A DNA stretch of 64,000 nucleotides from contig USEX01000003.1 in the NCBI GenBank assembly GCA_900553755.1, positions 6,233 through 70,232 on the forward strand, written 5' to 3'. The translations under genes and the position numbers were made by a program. Shown here piece by piece: positions 19,046 through 27,235 of the stretch (positions are counted from its first letter, which is position 1; the number at the start of each line of letters is the position of its first letter). The stretch is from an uncultured Clostridium sp. (GTDB lineage Bacteria > Bacillota > Clostridia > TANB77 > CAG-508). The notes beneath the pieces are model-generated. The model saw only the letters and a list, made by a program, of their open reading frames with translations. It was not told the origin of the DNA and did not search any database.

Positions 19046-20854
19046 TTATTTTCTTGCTGCTTTTTCTCTATCTTTATTGTTTAATATAATTTTTCTTAAT
19101 CTTATATTTTTTGGTGTTACTTCAACAAGTTCGTCCTCAGCTATAAATTCAATAGCTTTTTCTAGTGATAATTGAATTGGTGGAACCAATCTTAATGCAT
19201 CATCAGATCCTGAAGCTCTTGTGTTTGTAAGGTGCTTTTCTTTACAAACGTTTATAGAAATATCTTCATTTCTAGAGTTTACACCAACTATCATTCCTTC
19301 ATATACGTCTACACCAGGACCTATAAATAATTCTCCTCTTAATTGTGCATTGTATAATCCATAAGTGATTGATGTTCCTTGTTCGAATGCGACCAAAACT
19401 CCTCTTGTTCTTGCTTGGATATCTCCTTTGTATGGCTCATAGCAATCGAATATTGAGTTCATTGTTCCAGTTCCTTTTGTATCTGTTAGGAATTCTGTTC
19501 TATAACCAATTAATCCACGTGCTGGAATCTTGAATTCTATTTTTGTATGTCCAGCTTCAGCTGGTTCCATATTCTTCATTTCAGCTTTACGTCTTCCTAA
19601 TTTTTCTATAACTGTTCCAATTGCATCATCTGGTACATTTACAACTAAATCTTCTATTGGCTCACATTTTACGCCATCGATTTCTTTGTAAATAACCTTT
19701 GGACGAGATACTAAAAGTTCATATCCTTCTCTTCTCATTTCCTCTATTAATATTGATAAATGTAATTCTCCACGTCCACAAACCTCAAAACTATCTGGAG
19801 AAGCTGTTTCTTTAACACGTAAACTTACATTTCTCTCTAGTTCTTTGAATAATCTATCTCTAATATGTCTTGATGTAATGAACTCTCCTTCTTTACCAGC
19901 AAAAGGTCCGTTATTTACACTAAATGTCATAGATACTGTTGGTTCATCTATATTTACAAATGGTATTTTTTCTGGATTTGCTAAATCACAAATTGTATCT
20001 CCAATGCTTATATCTGGAATACCTGATATAGCAACTATATCACCCGCATCAACTTCTTCTATTTCAACTCTTTTTAATCCCATGTATGTGAATAATTTAG
20101 CAATTTTGCCTTGTGCATTTTTATCTTGTTTACAAATTGAAACTGGCATTCCATTTTTTATCTTACCACGTTCAACTCTACCAACTGCAATTCTTCCTAA
20201 ATAATCATCATAATCTATGTTTGATACTAGCATTTGCATTGTTCCATCCATATCACATGCTGGTGGCTCAATTTTATCTATTATTGTATCAAATATACAT
20301 GTTACATTATCAGATTCATCTAACAAATTCATTTTTGCTATTCCATTTTTAGCAGATGCATAAATTACAGGGAAGTCTAATTGTTCATCTGTAGCATCTA
20401 ATTCTATAAATAATTCTATTACCTTATCCAATACTTTCTCTGGCTCTGCACCTGGTCTGTCTATTTTATTTATTACTACTATTGGCTTTAAATTAAGTGC
20501 TAATGCTTTCTTTAAAACTTCTCTTGTTTGGGGCATTGGACCTTCAAAAGCATCTACTAATAATAAAACACCATCAACAGTTTTTAATACACGCTCAACT
20601 TCGCCACCGAAATCAGCGTGACCTGGAGTATCAACTATATTAATTTTTACTCCATTATACATAACAGATGTATTTTTTGAAAGAATTGTAATGCCTCTTT
20701 CCTTTTCAATATCTCCAGAATCCATTACTCTTTCTGCTACTTGTTCATTTTCTCTAAATACATGGCTTTGTTTTAACAAACAATCCACTAATGTAGTTTT
20801 TCCATGGTCAACGTGTGCTATTATTGCTATATTCCTTATATTCTTATTATTCAT
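19046..20854 (-). CDS. typA: Translational GTPase TypA/BipA
   Basis: G1 AHVDHGKTT, G3 DTPGHADF, G4 NKID. 602 aa and BipA-like over its full length. Confidence 0.95.
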   Translation of the reverse strand: MNNKNIRNIAIIAHVDHGKTTLVDCLLKQSHVFRENEQVAERVMDSGDIEKERGITILSKNTSVMYNGVKINIVDTPGHADFGGEVERVLKTVDGVLLLVDAFEGPMPQTREVLKKALALNLKPIVVINKIDRPGAEPEKVLDKVIELFIELDATDEQLDFPVIYASAKNGIAKMNLLDESDNVTCIFDTIIDKIEPPACDMDGTMQMLVSNIDYDDYLGRIAVGRVERGKIKNGMPVSICKQDKNAQGKIAKLFTYMGLKRVEIEEVDAGDIVAISGIPDISIGDTICDLANPEKIPFVNIDEPTVSMTFSVNNGPFAGKEGEFITSRHIRDRLFKELERNVSLRVKETASPDSFEVCGRGELHLSILIEEMRREGYELLVSRPKVIYKEIDGVKCEPIEDLVVNVPDDAIGTVIEKLGRRKAEMKNMEPAEAGHTKIEFKIPARGLIGYRTEFLTDTKGTGTMNSIFDCYEPYKGDIQARTRGVLVAFEQGTSITYGLYNAQLRGELFIGPGVDVYEGMIVGVNSRNEDISINVCKEKHLTNTRASGSDDALRLVPPIQLSLEKAIEFIAEDELVEVTPKNIRLRKIILNNKDREKAARK

Positions 20855-20870
20855 TTTATATCTTCCCCTC

Positions 20871-21965
20871 TTAGTCTTCTTTATATTCTTGGTTTGTTCC
20901 CTCTAACTCTCTTACAGATAATTCTATTTTTTGATGTTCTGTATCTACATCTATGATTTTGGCATTCACCTTTTGCCCTATTCTTAGCTCTTCTTCAGGC
21001 TTTGAAATTTTTCTTTCACATATTTGAGATATATGAATTAATCCTTCTACACCTTTTTCTATTTCAGCAAAAGCTCCAAAAGGCATCAATTTAGAGATTT
21101 TTACTTTTACTACATCCCCAATCTTGTATTTCTCTTCCACTTTTTTCCATGGGTTAGGGCCTTTCTTTTCGTATGATAATTTAAATCTTCTATTTTCCTT
21201 ATCTACTTCTTTTATTCTTACATCTATTTCTTGTCCAACTTCTAATATATCTCTTGGGTTTTCATTTCTTCCCCATGTTATTTCTGAAATGTGTAATAGC
21301 CCTTGGAATCCCCCAATATCAACAAATGCTCCATAGTCACTTAAACTTGTAACTATTCCCTTATACTTTTTATCTACTTCTATTTCATTCCAGAATTTAT
21401 CTGCTTTTTCTTTTTTCTCTGTTTCTACTACATCTTTGATAGAGCCAATAACTTTTCTATTTGTATTTTCTATTATCTTAAATCTTACTTTTTGGCCTTT
21501 TATATCATTTGGATTCTCTTCTCTTCCTATATCTGACAATGATAAGGGAATAAATACTCTTATCAAACCTTTATAGTTTATTATTAATCCCTTATCTGTT
21601 ACTTTATCTACTATTTCTTCAAATATTTCATTATTATTTACTTTTTGCTCAAATTCTGTTTTCACATCCTTTAACATCGCCTTTTTGTAAGACATTAAAA
21701 CATTGCCTTGTCCATCATTTAATTTTATAATATTTGCTTTTATTTTATCTCCAGGCTTAAAATTTTCCATTGGATTTGCATTTGCATCATTTGAATATTC
21801 CTTTTTAGGGATTATTCCGTCTGCTTTATACCCAATGTCTACAAAAATTTCGCCATTATTATTTATATTTATTATTGTTCCCGTTATAGTTGAACCTACT
21901 TTTATCTTCTTAAAAGATTGATTTAATATATCTTCAAAAGTCACATTTTCTTCGTAATTTTCCAT
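20871..21965 (-). CDS. rpsA: 30S ribosomal protein S1-like protein (four S1 domains)
   Basis: Repeated S1/OB modules ([33 protein letters not shown]). Sits downstream of cmk, as in many Firmicutes. Confidence 0.8.
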   Translation of the reverse strand: MENYEENVTFEDILNQSFKKIKVGSTITGTIININNNGEIFVDIGYKADGIIPKKEYSNDANANPMENFKPGDKIKANIIKLNDGQGNVLMSYKKAMLKDVKTEFEQKVNNNEIFEEIVDKVTDKGLIINYKGLIRVFIPLSLSDIGREENPNDIKGQKVRFKIIENTNRKVIGSIKDVVETEKKEKADKFWNEIEVDKKYKGIVTSLSDYGAFVDIGGFQGLLHISEITWGRNENPRDILEVGQEIDVRIKEVDKENRRFKLSYEKKGPNPWKKVEEKYKIGDVVKVKISKLMPFGAFAEIEKGVEGLIHISQICERKISKPEEELRIGQKVNAKIIDVDTEHQKIELSVRELEGTNQEYKED

Positions 21966-22045
21966 ATATACCCTTCATTCCAAAGTTTATTTTTTCTGGC
22001 CGCTTTTATTTAATAGTAGCCAGATTTCAACGTTTTTATTATACA

Positions 22046-23356
22046 TTATTTTCCAATGTTTGTCAACATAATTATATTATCCATAATCTGTTTCGTAGCC
22101 TCATTTAGCTGATCCTTTTCTGGAATTTTATCTTTGTTTTGTGAAAAATCTAGTGGCTTTCCATAATTCAAGTAAACCTTTGAAAAAGGTTTAAAGCTTC
22201 CACTTATTCCTACTGGAACTACCCTTACTCCTGTTTTTAACGCCATATATGCAGCACCATTTTGTACCTTTGCACCTTTCTCAAGGCCTCTTCTAGTACC
22301 TTCTGGGAACAATCCTATGGTTTGCCCATTTTTCAAACATTTTATACATCTCTTCATAGCTTCCATATCTCTCATTCCTCTTTTTATAGGAATAACATCA
22401 AATAAATGACCTATCCAGCTCAAAAAAGCGTTATTGAATAAATCTTCTTTTGCTATAAATATTATCCTTCTTTTGCTACTTACAACAAGTCCAACAGCAT
22501 CCCATATATTCAAATGATTAGCACACACAATTGTTGGTTCATCCAATGGTAGATTTTCTTCGTTAATTTTTTCTATCCTAAACACAATTCTATAAAATCC
22601 ATACAATATCCCTTTAACTACTGCTCTTACAAATTTCTTCCATGGAGTTTCTGGTCTAATTCTATAAATCTTAGCTTCTTTTTTCTTATCTTTTAATTTT
22701 TTATCTATGAGTTTAGAAATTTCTTTTTCTACTTGCTTAATGCTCATATTGGTAGAATCTATCACATGTGCTCCTGGTGCCACTTTTAAAGCCCCATATT
22801 CTTTTTCTTTATCTATTTTATCTCTTTTTCTGATGTTTTCTAAAACCTCTTCATAAGACATATCTATGCCTTTTTCTTGGTTTTGCTTATATCTTCTTTT
22901 TGCTCTTTCTCCATCATCAGCGTCCAAATATATCTTAATATCCGCTGTAGGAAATACTACTGTACAAATGTCTCTGCCTTCCATTATAGTATCTTGCCCT
23001 TGAGCCATTTTTCTTTGAAGCCTTGCCATCTCTAACCTTATTTGTTTTATGCTAGATACTTGCGAAACATTTTGTGATACTTCTTTCCCTCTTATCTCTT
23101 CTGACACATCTTCTCCATCTAAGAAAACATGCAAATTTCCATCTATGTTTTTCATTTCTATATTAATATCTTGAAGCATCTTAGCAATTTTCTCTTCATC
23201 ATCTAATTGTATATTTTTTCTTAGCATTTCTAGAGTTACACATCTATAAGTTGCGCCTGTATCTATATTTAAAAGATTATATTTTTTTGCCAGCCTCTTC
23301 GTTACAGTTCCTTTACCTGTTCCTGATGGTCCATCAATTCCTACTATAAATGACAT
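22046..23356 (-). CDS. cmk: Fusion protein: cytidylate kinase (N-terminal) plus 1-acyl-sn-glycerol-3-phosphate acyltransferase (C-terminal)
   Basis: Residues 1-215 are Cmk-like (GPSGTGKGT, IDTGATYR, EGRDI). A Lys-rich linker follows, then an LPLAT domain with HX4D (NHLNIWD) and FPEGTRR. Confidence 0.85.
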   Translation of the reverse strand: MSFIVGIDGPSGTGKGTVTKRLAKKYNLLNIDTGATYRCVTLEMLRKNIQLDDEEKIAKMLQDINIEMKNIDGNLHVFLDGEDVSEEIRGKEVSQNVSQVSSIKQIRLEMARLQRKMAQGQDTIMEGRDICTVVFPTADIKIYLDADDGERAKRRYKQNQEKGIDMSYEEVLENIRKRDKIDKEKEYGALKVAPGAHVIDSTNMSIKQVEKEISKLIDKKLKDKKKEAKIYRIRPETPWKKFVRAVVKGILYGFYRIVFRIEKINEENLPLDEPTIVCANHLNIWDAVGLVVSSKRRIIFIAKEDLFNNAFLSWIGHLFDVIPIKRGMRDMEAMKRCIKCLKNGQTIGLFPEGTRRGLEKGAKVQNGAAYMALKTGVRVVPVGISGSFKPFSKVYLNYGKPLDFSQNKDKIPEKDQLNEATKQIMDNIIMLTNIGK

Positions 23357-23375
23357 AATTTTTTCCTCCCTTGTT

Positions 23376-24272
23376 TTAGCTTTTTAAAGAATTAAAATGT
23401 ATTCCCTTCGCCACTAAATCTATTTTTACAACATTCATAGCTGTTTGTTTTTCTATTTCTTTTTTTGTTTTCTCTCTAAAAGTTTTTAAAGTTTTTATTA
23501 TATTATTTCCATAGTTTAGCACAGCCTCCATGTATATAGATATTCCGTCCCCATAGTTTTCTACTCTAGTTCTTGTAACACTGTATATTTCAGGCATTCT
23601 GTTTGCTACATTTTCTGCTATTTGTCTAAATACGCTATCAGATATAGTAAACTTTCCTAAATAGCTAAATGTTGGTCTTATCATAGATTTCTCTGATATA
23701 TATGGATTTTCTCCCATTCCTTTTGATTTAAATATTTGCAATGGATCTAATAAATATCCAGAAAAGTCTTTTTTTATCTCAAAGGTTGGCACTGGTATAA
23801 CATGTTTTCCCTGTGTAACACGTATGTTTCTAGCTTTTTCCATTTCTTCTTCAGTTGCCACATCATTTATATATATTGTTTTCTCAAATGGTGGTAAATC
23901 CAGATTTTCTCTTATCTTTTCCACCATTTTATCAGATGTGCCTAATACCAATAAGCTATCTGGCTTATATTTTTTAAATGCTTTTTTCATTTCATCCTGC
24001 TCTTTTTTCTCTAGAAAAAGTGCATGCTTTACAGTCTCGATTTTAGTAGGCGCTTTTTTAGCCGAAGTACCAGCAAGCACTTCGTTTTCATTAATAAATA
24101 AACCATCGTCTATTATATAATGAATATCGTTTGTACTAGCTACAAGCTGAGCTCTATAGCTTTTTCCTGTTCCCGATGGTCCTACAAAAGCATAAATTTT
24201 CATTTTATGTTCTTCAGATTTATTGTTATTTGGTATTTTTAATTTAATATACATATACAACCTTCCCTGCAT
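23376..24272 (-). CDS. P-loop NTPase fused to an Asp23/Gls24-like C-terminal domain (hypothetical)
   Basis: Walker A VGPSGTGKS near the N-terminus. The last 110 aa or so (ISDSVFRQIAENVANRMPEIYSV...VKIDLVAKGIHF) resemble the Asp23 family. The start is uncertain (24272, 24254 or 24203). Confidence 0.55.
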   Translation of the reverse strand: MQGRLYMYIKLKIPNNNKSEEHKMKIYAFVGPSGTGKSYRAQLVASTNDIHYIIDDGLFINENEVLAGTSAKKAPTKIETVKHALFLEKKEQDEMKKAFKKYKPDSLLVLGTSDKMVEKIRENLDLPPFEKTIYINDVATEEEMEKARNIRVTQGKHVIPVPTFEIKKDFSGYLLDPLQIFKSKGMGENPYISEKSMIRPTFSYLGKFTISDSVFRQIAENVANRMPEIYSVTRTRVENYGDGISIYMEAVLNYGNNIIKTLKTFREKTKKEIEKQTAMNVVKIDLVAKGIHFNSLKS

Positions 24273-25797
24273 TTAAATTTTGCATTAATTCATCTTTAGA
24301 ATAATTATATTTTGCCTTGATTTGGCTAATTATACTGTCTGAGTCTACTCCCTCATTGAAAACTAAAACTATACCTTTAGACATATCTTTATCTTTCATA
24401 ACATTTTCAATATTTTCAATACTTGCGTTGCTACTTCTCATAATATAAGAATCTTCAAACTCTGTGAATAAATATATATCATCTAAGAATCTTAAATTAT
24501 TCTCATTTATTATATACATAGCTGGCAAATCTGATTTTTCTGCTATTCTTTCAGCTAAATGATTCATTTTTGTGAATGTGAAGTCTAATTTTGTTTTTGT
24601 TACAATTGGGCTTACGATAACTATTACAAAAGTTAATATAGTTACTAACATCGCATCTTTTTCTTTCAATATATTTTTATATAATATGTAAAATGTATAA
24701 ATCAACCATATTGTAGATACTGATACTATTGGCATGAAATATCTTAACTCTTTATATGGAGACATTTTAGCTACTAATAGAAAGTATATTATAGATGGAA
24801 CAAAAATAAGATTTATTATTTTATCTTTTCCCTCTAAATTTTTAGCTTTTTGCTTTAATATTATATATATCAAAATCAAAAGAAGTCCTAAGTTATTTGC
24901 AGCACCCTTTTGTAATATGTAGAAACACTGCCCAGCGTCCACAAAAAGTGAATCTAAATTAAACAAATTGCTTTTTGCTCCAGCTCCTCTGTATCCTCCA
25001 AACATATGGTATAAAGAGTATGGGAATATTGCCAATGATAACCCTGCAGCAATTGCAAAAGTTGCTACATATTTTGCCAAATTTTTATATTGTTTTTTCT
25101 TTATATATTTTACTGCAAACATCACAAATAATACAAACATATACATGATTGTATAATAATGTGTAAGTGACGCCAATAGTGCTGTTGTTCCTATAAAAAT
25201 AAGGTCATTTAGCTTTAACTCTTCTTTATCAAAAATCTTCATGTGTGCATATGTAATCATTAATATGAAAAGATTAGTCAATTCATACATTCTTATGTAC
25301 GCAGTTGTATCTAAAGCTCCTATTGTTAATCCAGTTATCAATGTTGCAAATAATGCTAAAATTTGATTTTTGAAAAGCTTGCTGCAAATCAAATATATAA
25401 ATATACTTGAAAATACAAAGATAACTATATTTAATATAATTCCCGTCCATTTAGTAAAACTATCTATTGTAAAGCTTGCCGCTATTCTTAGTAGCAAATA
25501 ATAAAGTGGTGGATGAACATCATTTTTCTGATTCTCATATACTGCTCTAAAATCAAATTTTTCATCCTCATTTACTGATAAATAATCTATATAATATTTT
25601 TTATTATGCCAATTATCATAAAAATCACTATTATCTGTAATATCTATTTTATCATAATTCATTAAAGCATATGAATATGCTTCATCTATATGAAAATATT
25701 CTTTTCTATTTCCTACATAAATTCTTACAATTACTTGTAGCAATATTATTAATACCATGCAAATTACTACAGTACTTTTCTTCAATTTGTTTTCCAT
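24244..25797 (-). CDS. GT-C fold membrane glycosyltransferase (ArnT/PMT_2-like)
   Basis: 517 aa with at least 10 hydrophobic helices. N-terminal DEAYSY and HPPLYYLLL motifs are typical of lipid-carrier-dependent GT-C enzymes. AGGAGG RBS. Confidence 0.65.
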   Translation of the reverse strand: MENKLKKSTVVICMVLIILLQVIVRIYVGNRKEYFHIDEAYSYALMNYDKIDITDNSDFYDNWHNKKYYIDYLSVNEDEKFDFRAVYENQKNDVHPPLYYLLLRIAASFTIDSFTKWTGIILNIVIFVFSSIFIYLICSKLFKNQILALFATLITGLTIGALDTTAYIRMYELTNLFILMITYAHMKIFDKEELKLNDLIFIGTTALLASLTHYYTIMYMFVLFVMFAVKYIKKKQYKNLAKYVATFAIAAGLSLAIFPYSLYHMFGGYRGAGAKSNLFNLDSLFVDAGQCFYILQKGAANNLGLLLILIYIILKQKAKNLEGKDKIINLIFVPSIIYFLLVAKMSPYKELRYFMPIVSVSTIWLIYTFYILYKNILKEKDAMLVTILTFVIVIVSPIVTKTKLDFTFTKMNHLAERIAEKSDLPAMYIINENNLRFLDDIYLFTEFEDSYIMRSSNASIENIENVMKDKDMSKGIVLVFNEGVDSDSIISQIKAKYNYSKDELMQNLNAGKVVYVY

Positions 25798-25873
25798 TGT
25801 ATCCTCCTAAAATTATTTTGCATACTGATTTTATCATATAATAGCAATAATGTCACTATTTTGAGTGCATAAA

Positions 25874-25897
25874 GAAAAAACAACCTAATAGGTTGTT
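25874..25897 (-). terminator. Terminator after the prepilin/FGE-fold gene
   Basis: AACAACC-TAATA-GGTTGTT hairpin followed by a U-run on the minus strand. The TAA at 25898..25900 abuts the stem. Confidence 0.65.
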
Positions 25898-27187
25898 TTA
25901 ATAATTAAATTTAAGTCCCACTATTTTATCATTAAAGTAGGGCGAGAGCCAAACTCCGCTGCCTCCACTATTGGCGTACTACCGTAGTGGACGGGCACTC
26001 GCCGGACTGCTCGAGCCACTATATGTATATCTACCACCTCTGCCAGTACGGCTATCTGTGCCGCTCATCTCCTGAGTCCATTCTTGGCAATTTCCGGCTA
26101 AGTCGTATATGTTATTCGCTTTCCATGCTTCATTTGAACCAGTAGCTTTCTTTACTGCACTACCATTTGCATTTTTCTCATAATTTCCTGTATTTGCCGG
26201 CGATATTGAATCTTTATAATTTCCCCATGCTGTAGAATTAGTTATACTTTTTTTCTCTCCTTTTTTAGATATAAAATCACATGCTAAGTCCCACTGGATC
26301 CCCCAGATCATCCTGCTTTCTACTTCATCACTTGCATTTAACATTGTACATTTTTTGTATAAATTATACCAGTTTGTATTTGTTAATGTTGTTTTTTCTT
26401 TTTGTACCCCTTCATTTGATAGTTCATATCTTCCTATATAAAATCCTCCATATTTTTTTATGCTATTTATCATATTTATATAATCACTTGTAAGTGTTTC
26501 AGCCATTATCTTTGTACTATCAAATCCTAATACTGTTTTATAATACTCTTCTGTTTTATCATATTTTACTACTATGTCAGGCTCTCTATAACTTGTCGCA
26601 TTTGGTGTACTTCTTGATATAGTTACTGTATCTCCTGTTCTTCCTATAGTTACCTAATTTGTATACATTTTTGTTGTAACTCCTACATCTCCTGATAAAG
26701 CTATTCCATTATTCGAAGTCACATACATACTTGAAAGTACACTTGCTTCCACTGGCACCCAAACCCATTCATTTCCTGCATCATCTTTTATTACTAGTCC
26801 ATGGTCTACTGAATCTTGTGTTGGGGCAGAGTTTCCATTTCCCCATTTTGCATCTCCTGCGTCTATTGGAGTATATCCTCCAGGGATTACTGGATTATTG
26901 GTTCCAGGTTTTTTCCCATTTATCGTTCCATTCTCTTCGGCTTTCGTATTAACTGGAACTTTTGCTATTCCACTCTCTTTTCCATTTTTATCAACCCAGT
27001 CAGCTAAATCGTTAAAGTATTTTTCTTCCTTCGTGTCTTGAGAGGCATAATCATTTACAGCTGTTTTTGCTCTTTTCATTATTCCTCCATTGTCTATTGT
27101 TAGGCTTAAAGTTACTCCAGCTATAATTATTAGCACTACTATTGTTACCACTAAGGCAACCAATGTGATTCCATTTTCTTTTTTCAT
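25898..27187 (-). pseudogene. Prepilin-type N-terminal helix plus FGE-sulfatase/C-type-lectin-fold protein, interrupted by two in-frame TAG codons and a probable 3' frame switch
   Basis: ORFs 26654..27187 and 25979..26506 and the 147-nt gap between them share one frame (hand-translated). N-terminus is MKKENGITLVALVVTIVVLIIIAG. Domain marks are EWVWVPV, GGFYIGRYE, WGIQWD, GNCQEWTQE and RGG. TAG codons lie at 26654..26656 and 25979..25981. AAGGAGG RBS at the 5' end. Confidence 0.6.
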
Positions 27188-27235
27188 TCTTTTATTTCCT
27201 CCTTTTCATTGGTTTTCTCATTTCAAATATTGCTT

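Noticed and set aside
25979-26656. Pyrrolysine decoding of the two in-frame TAG codons.
   Set aside because: No pylT/pylS/pylBCD genes or methylamine methyltransferase genes are in the window, and TAG clearly acts as a stop for nagZ, rplO and the 81-aa membrane protein. It is kept only as something to exclude genome-wide.
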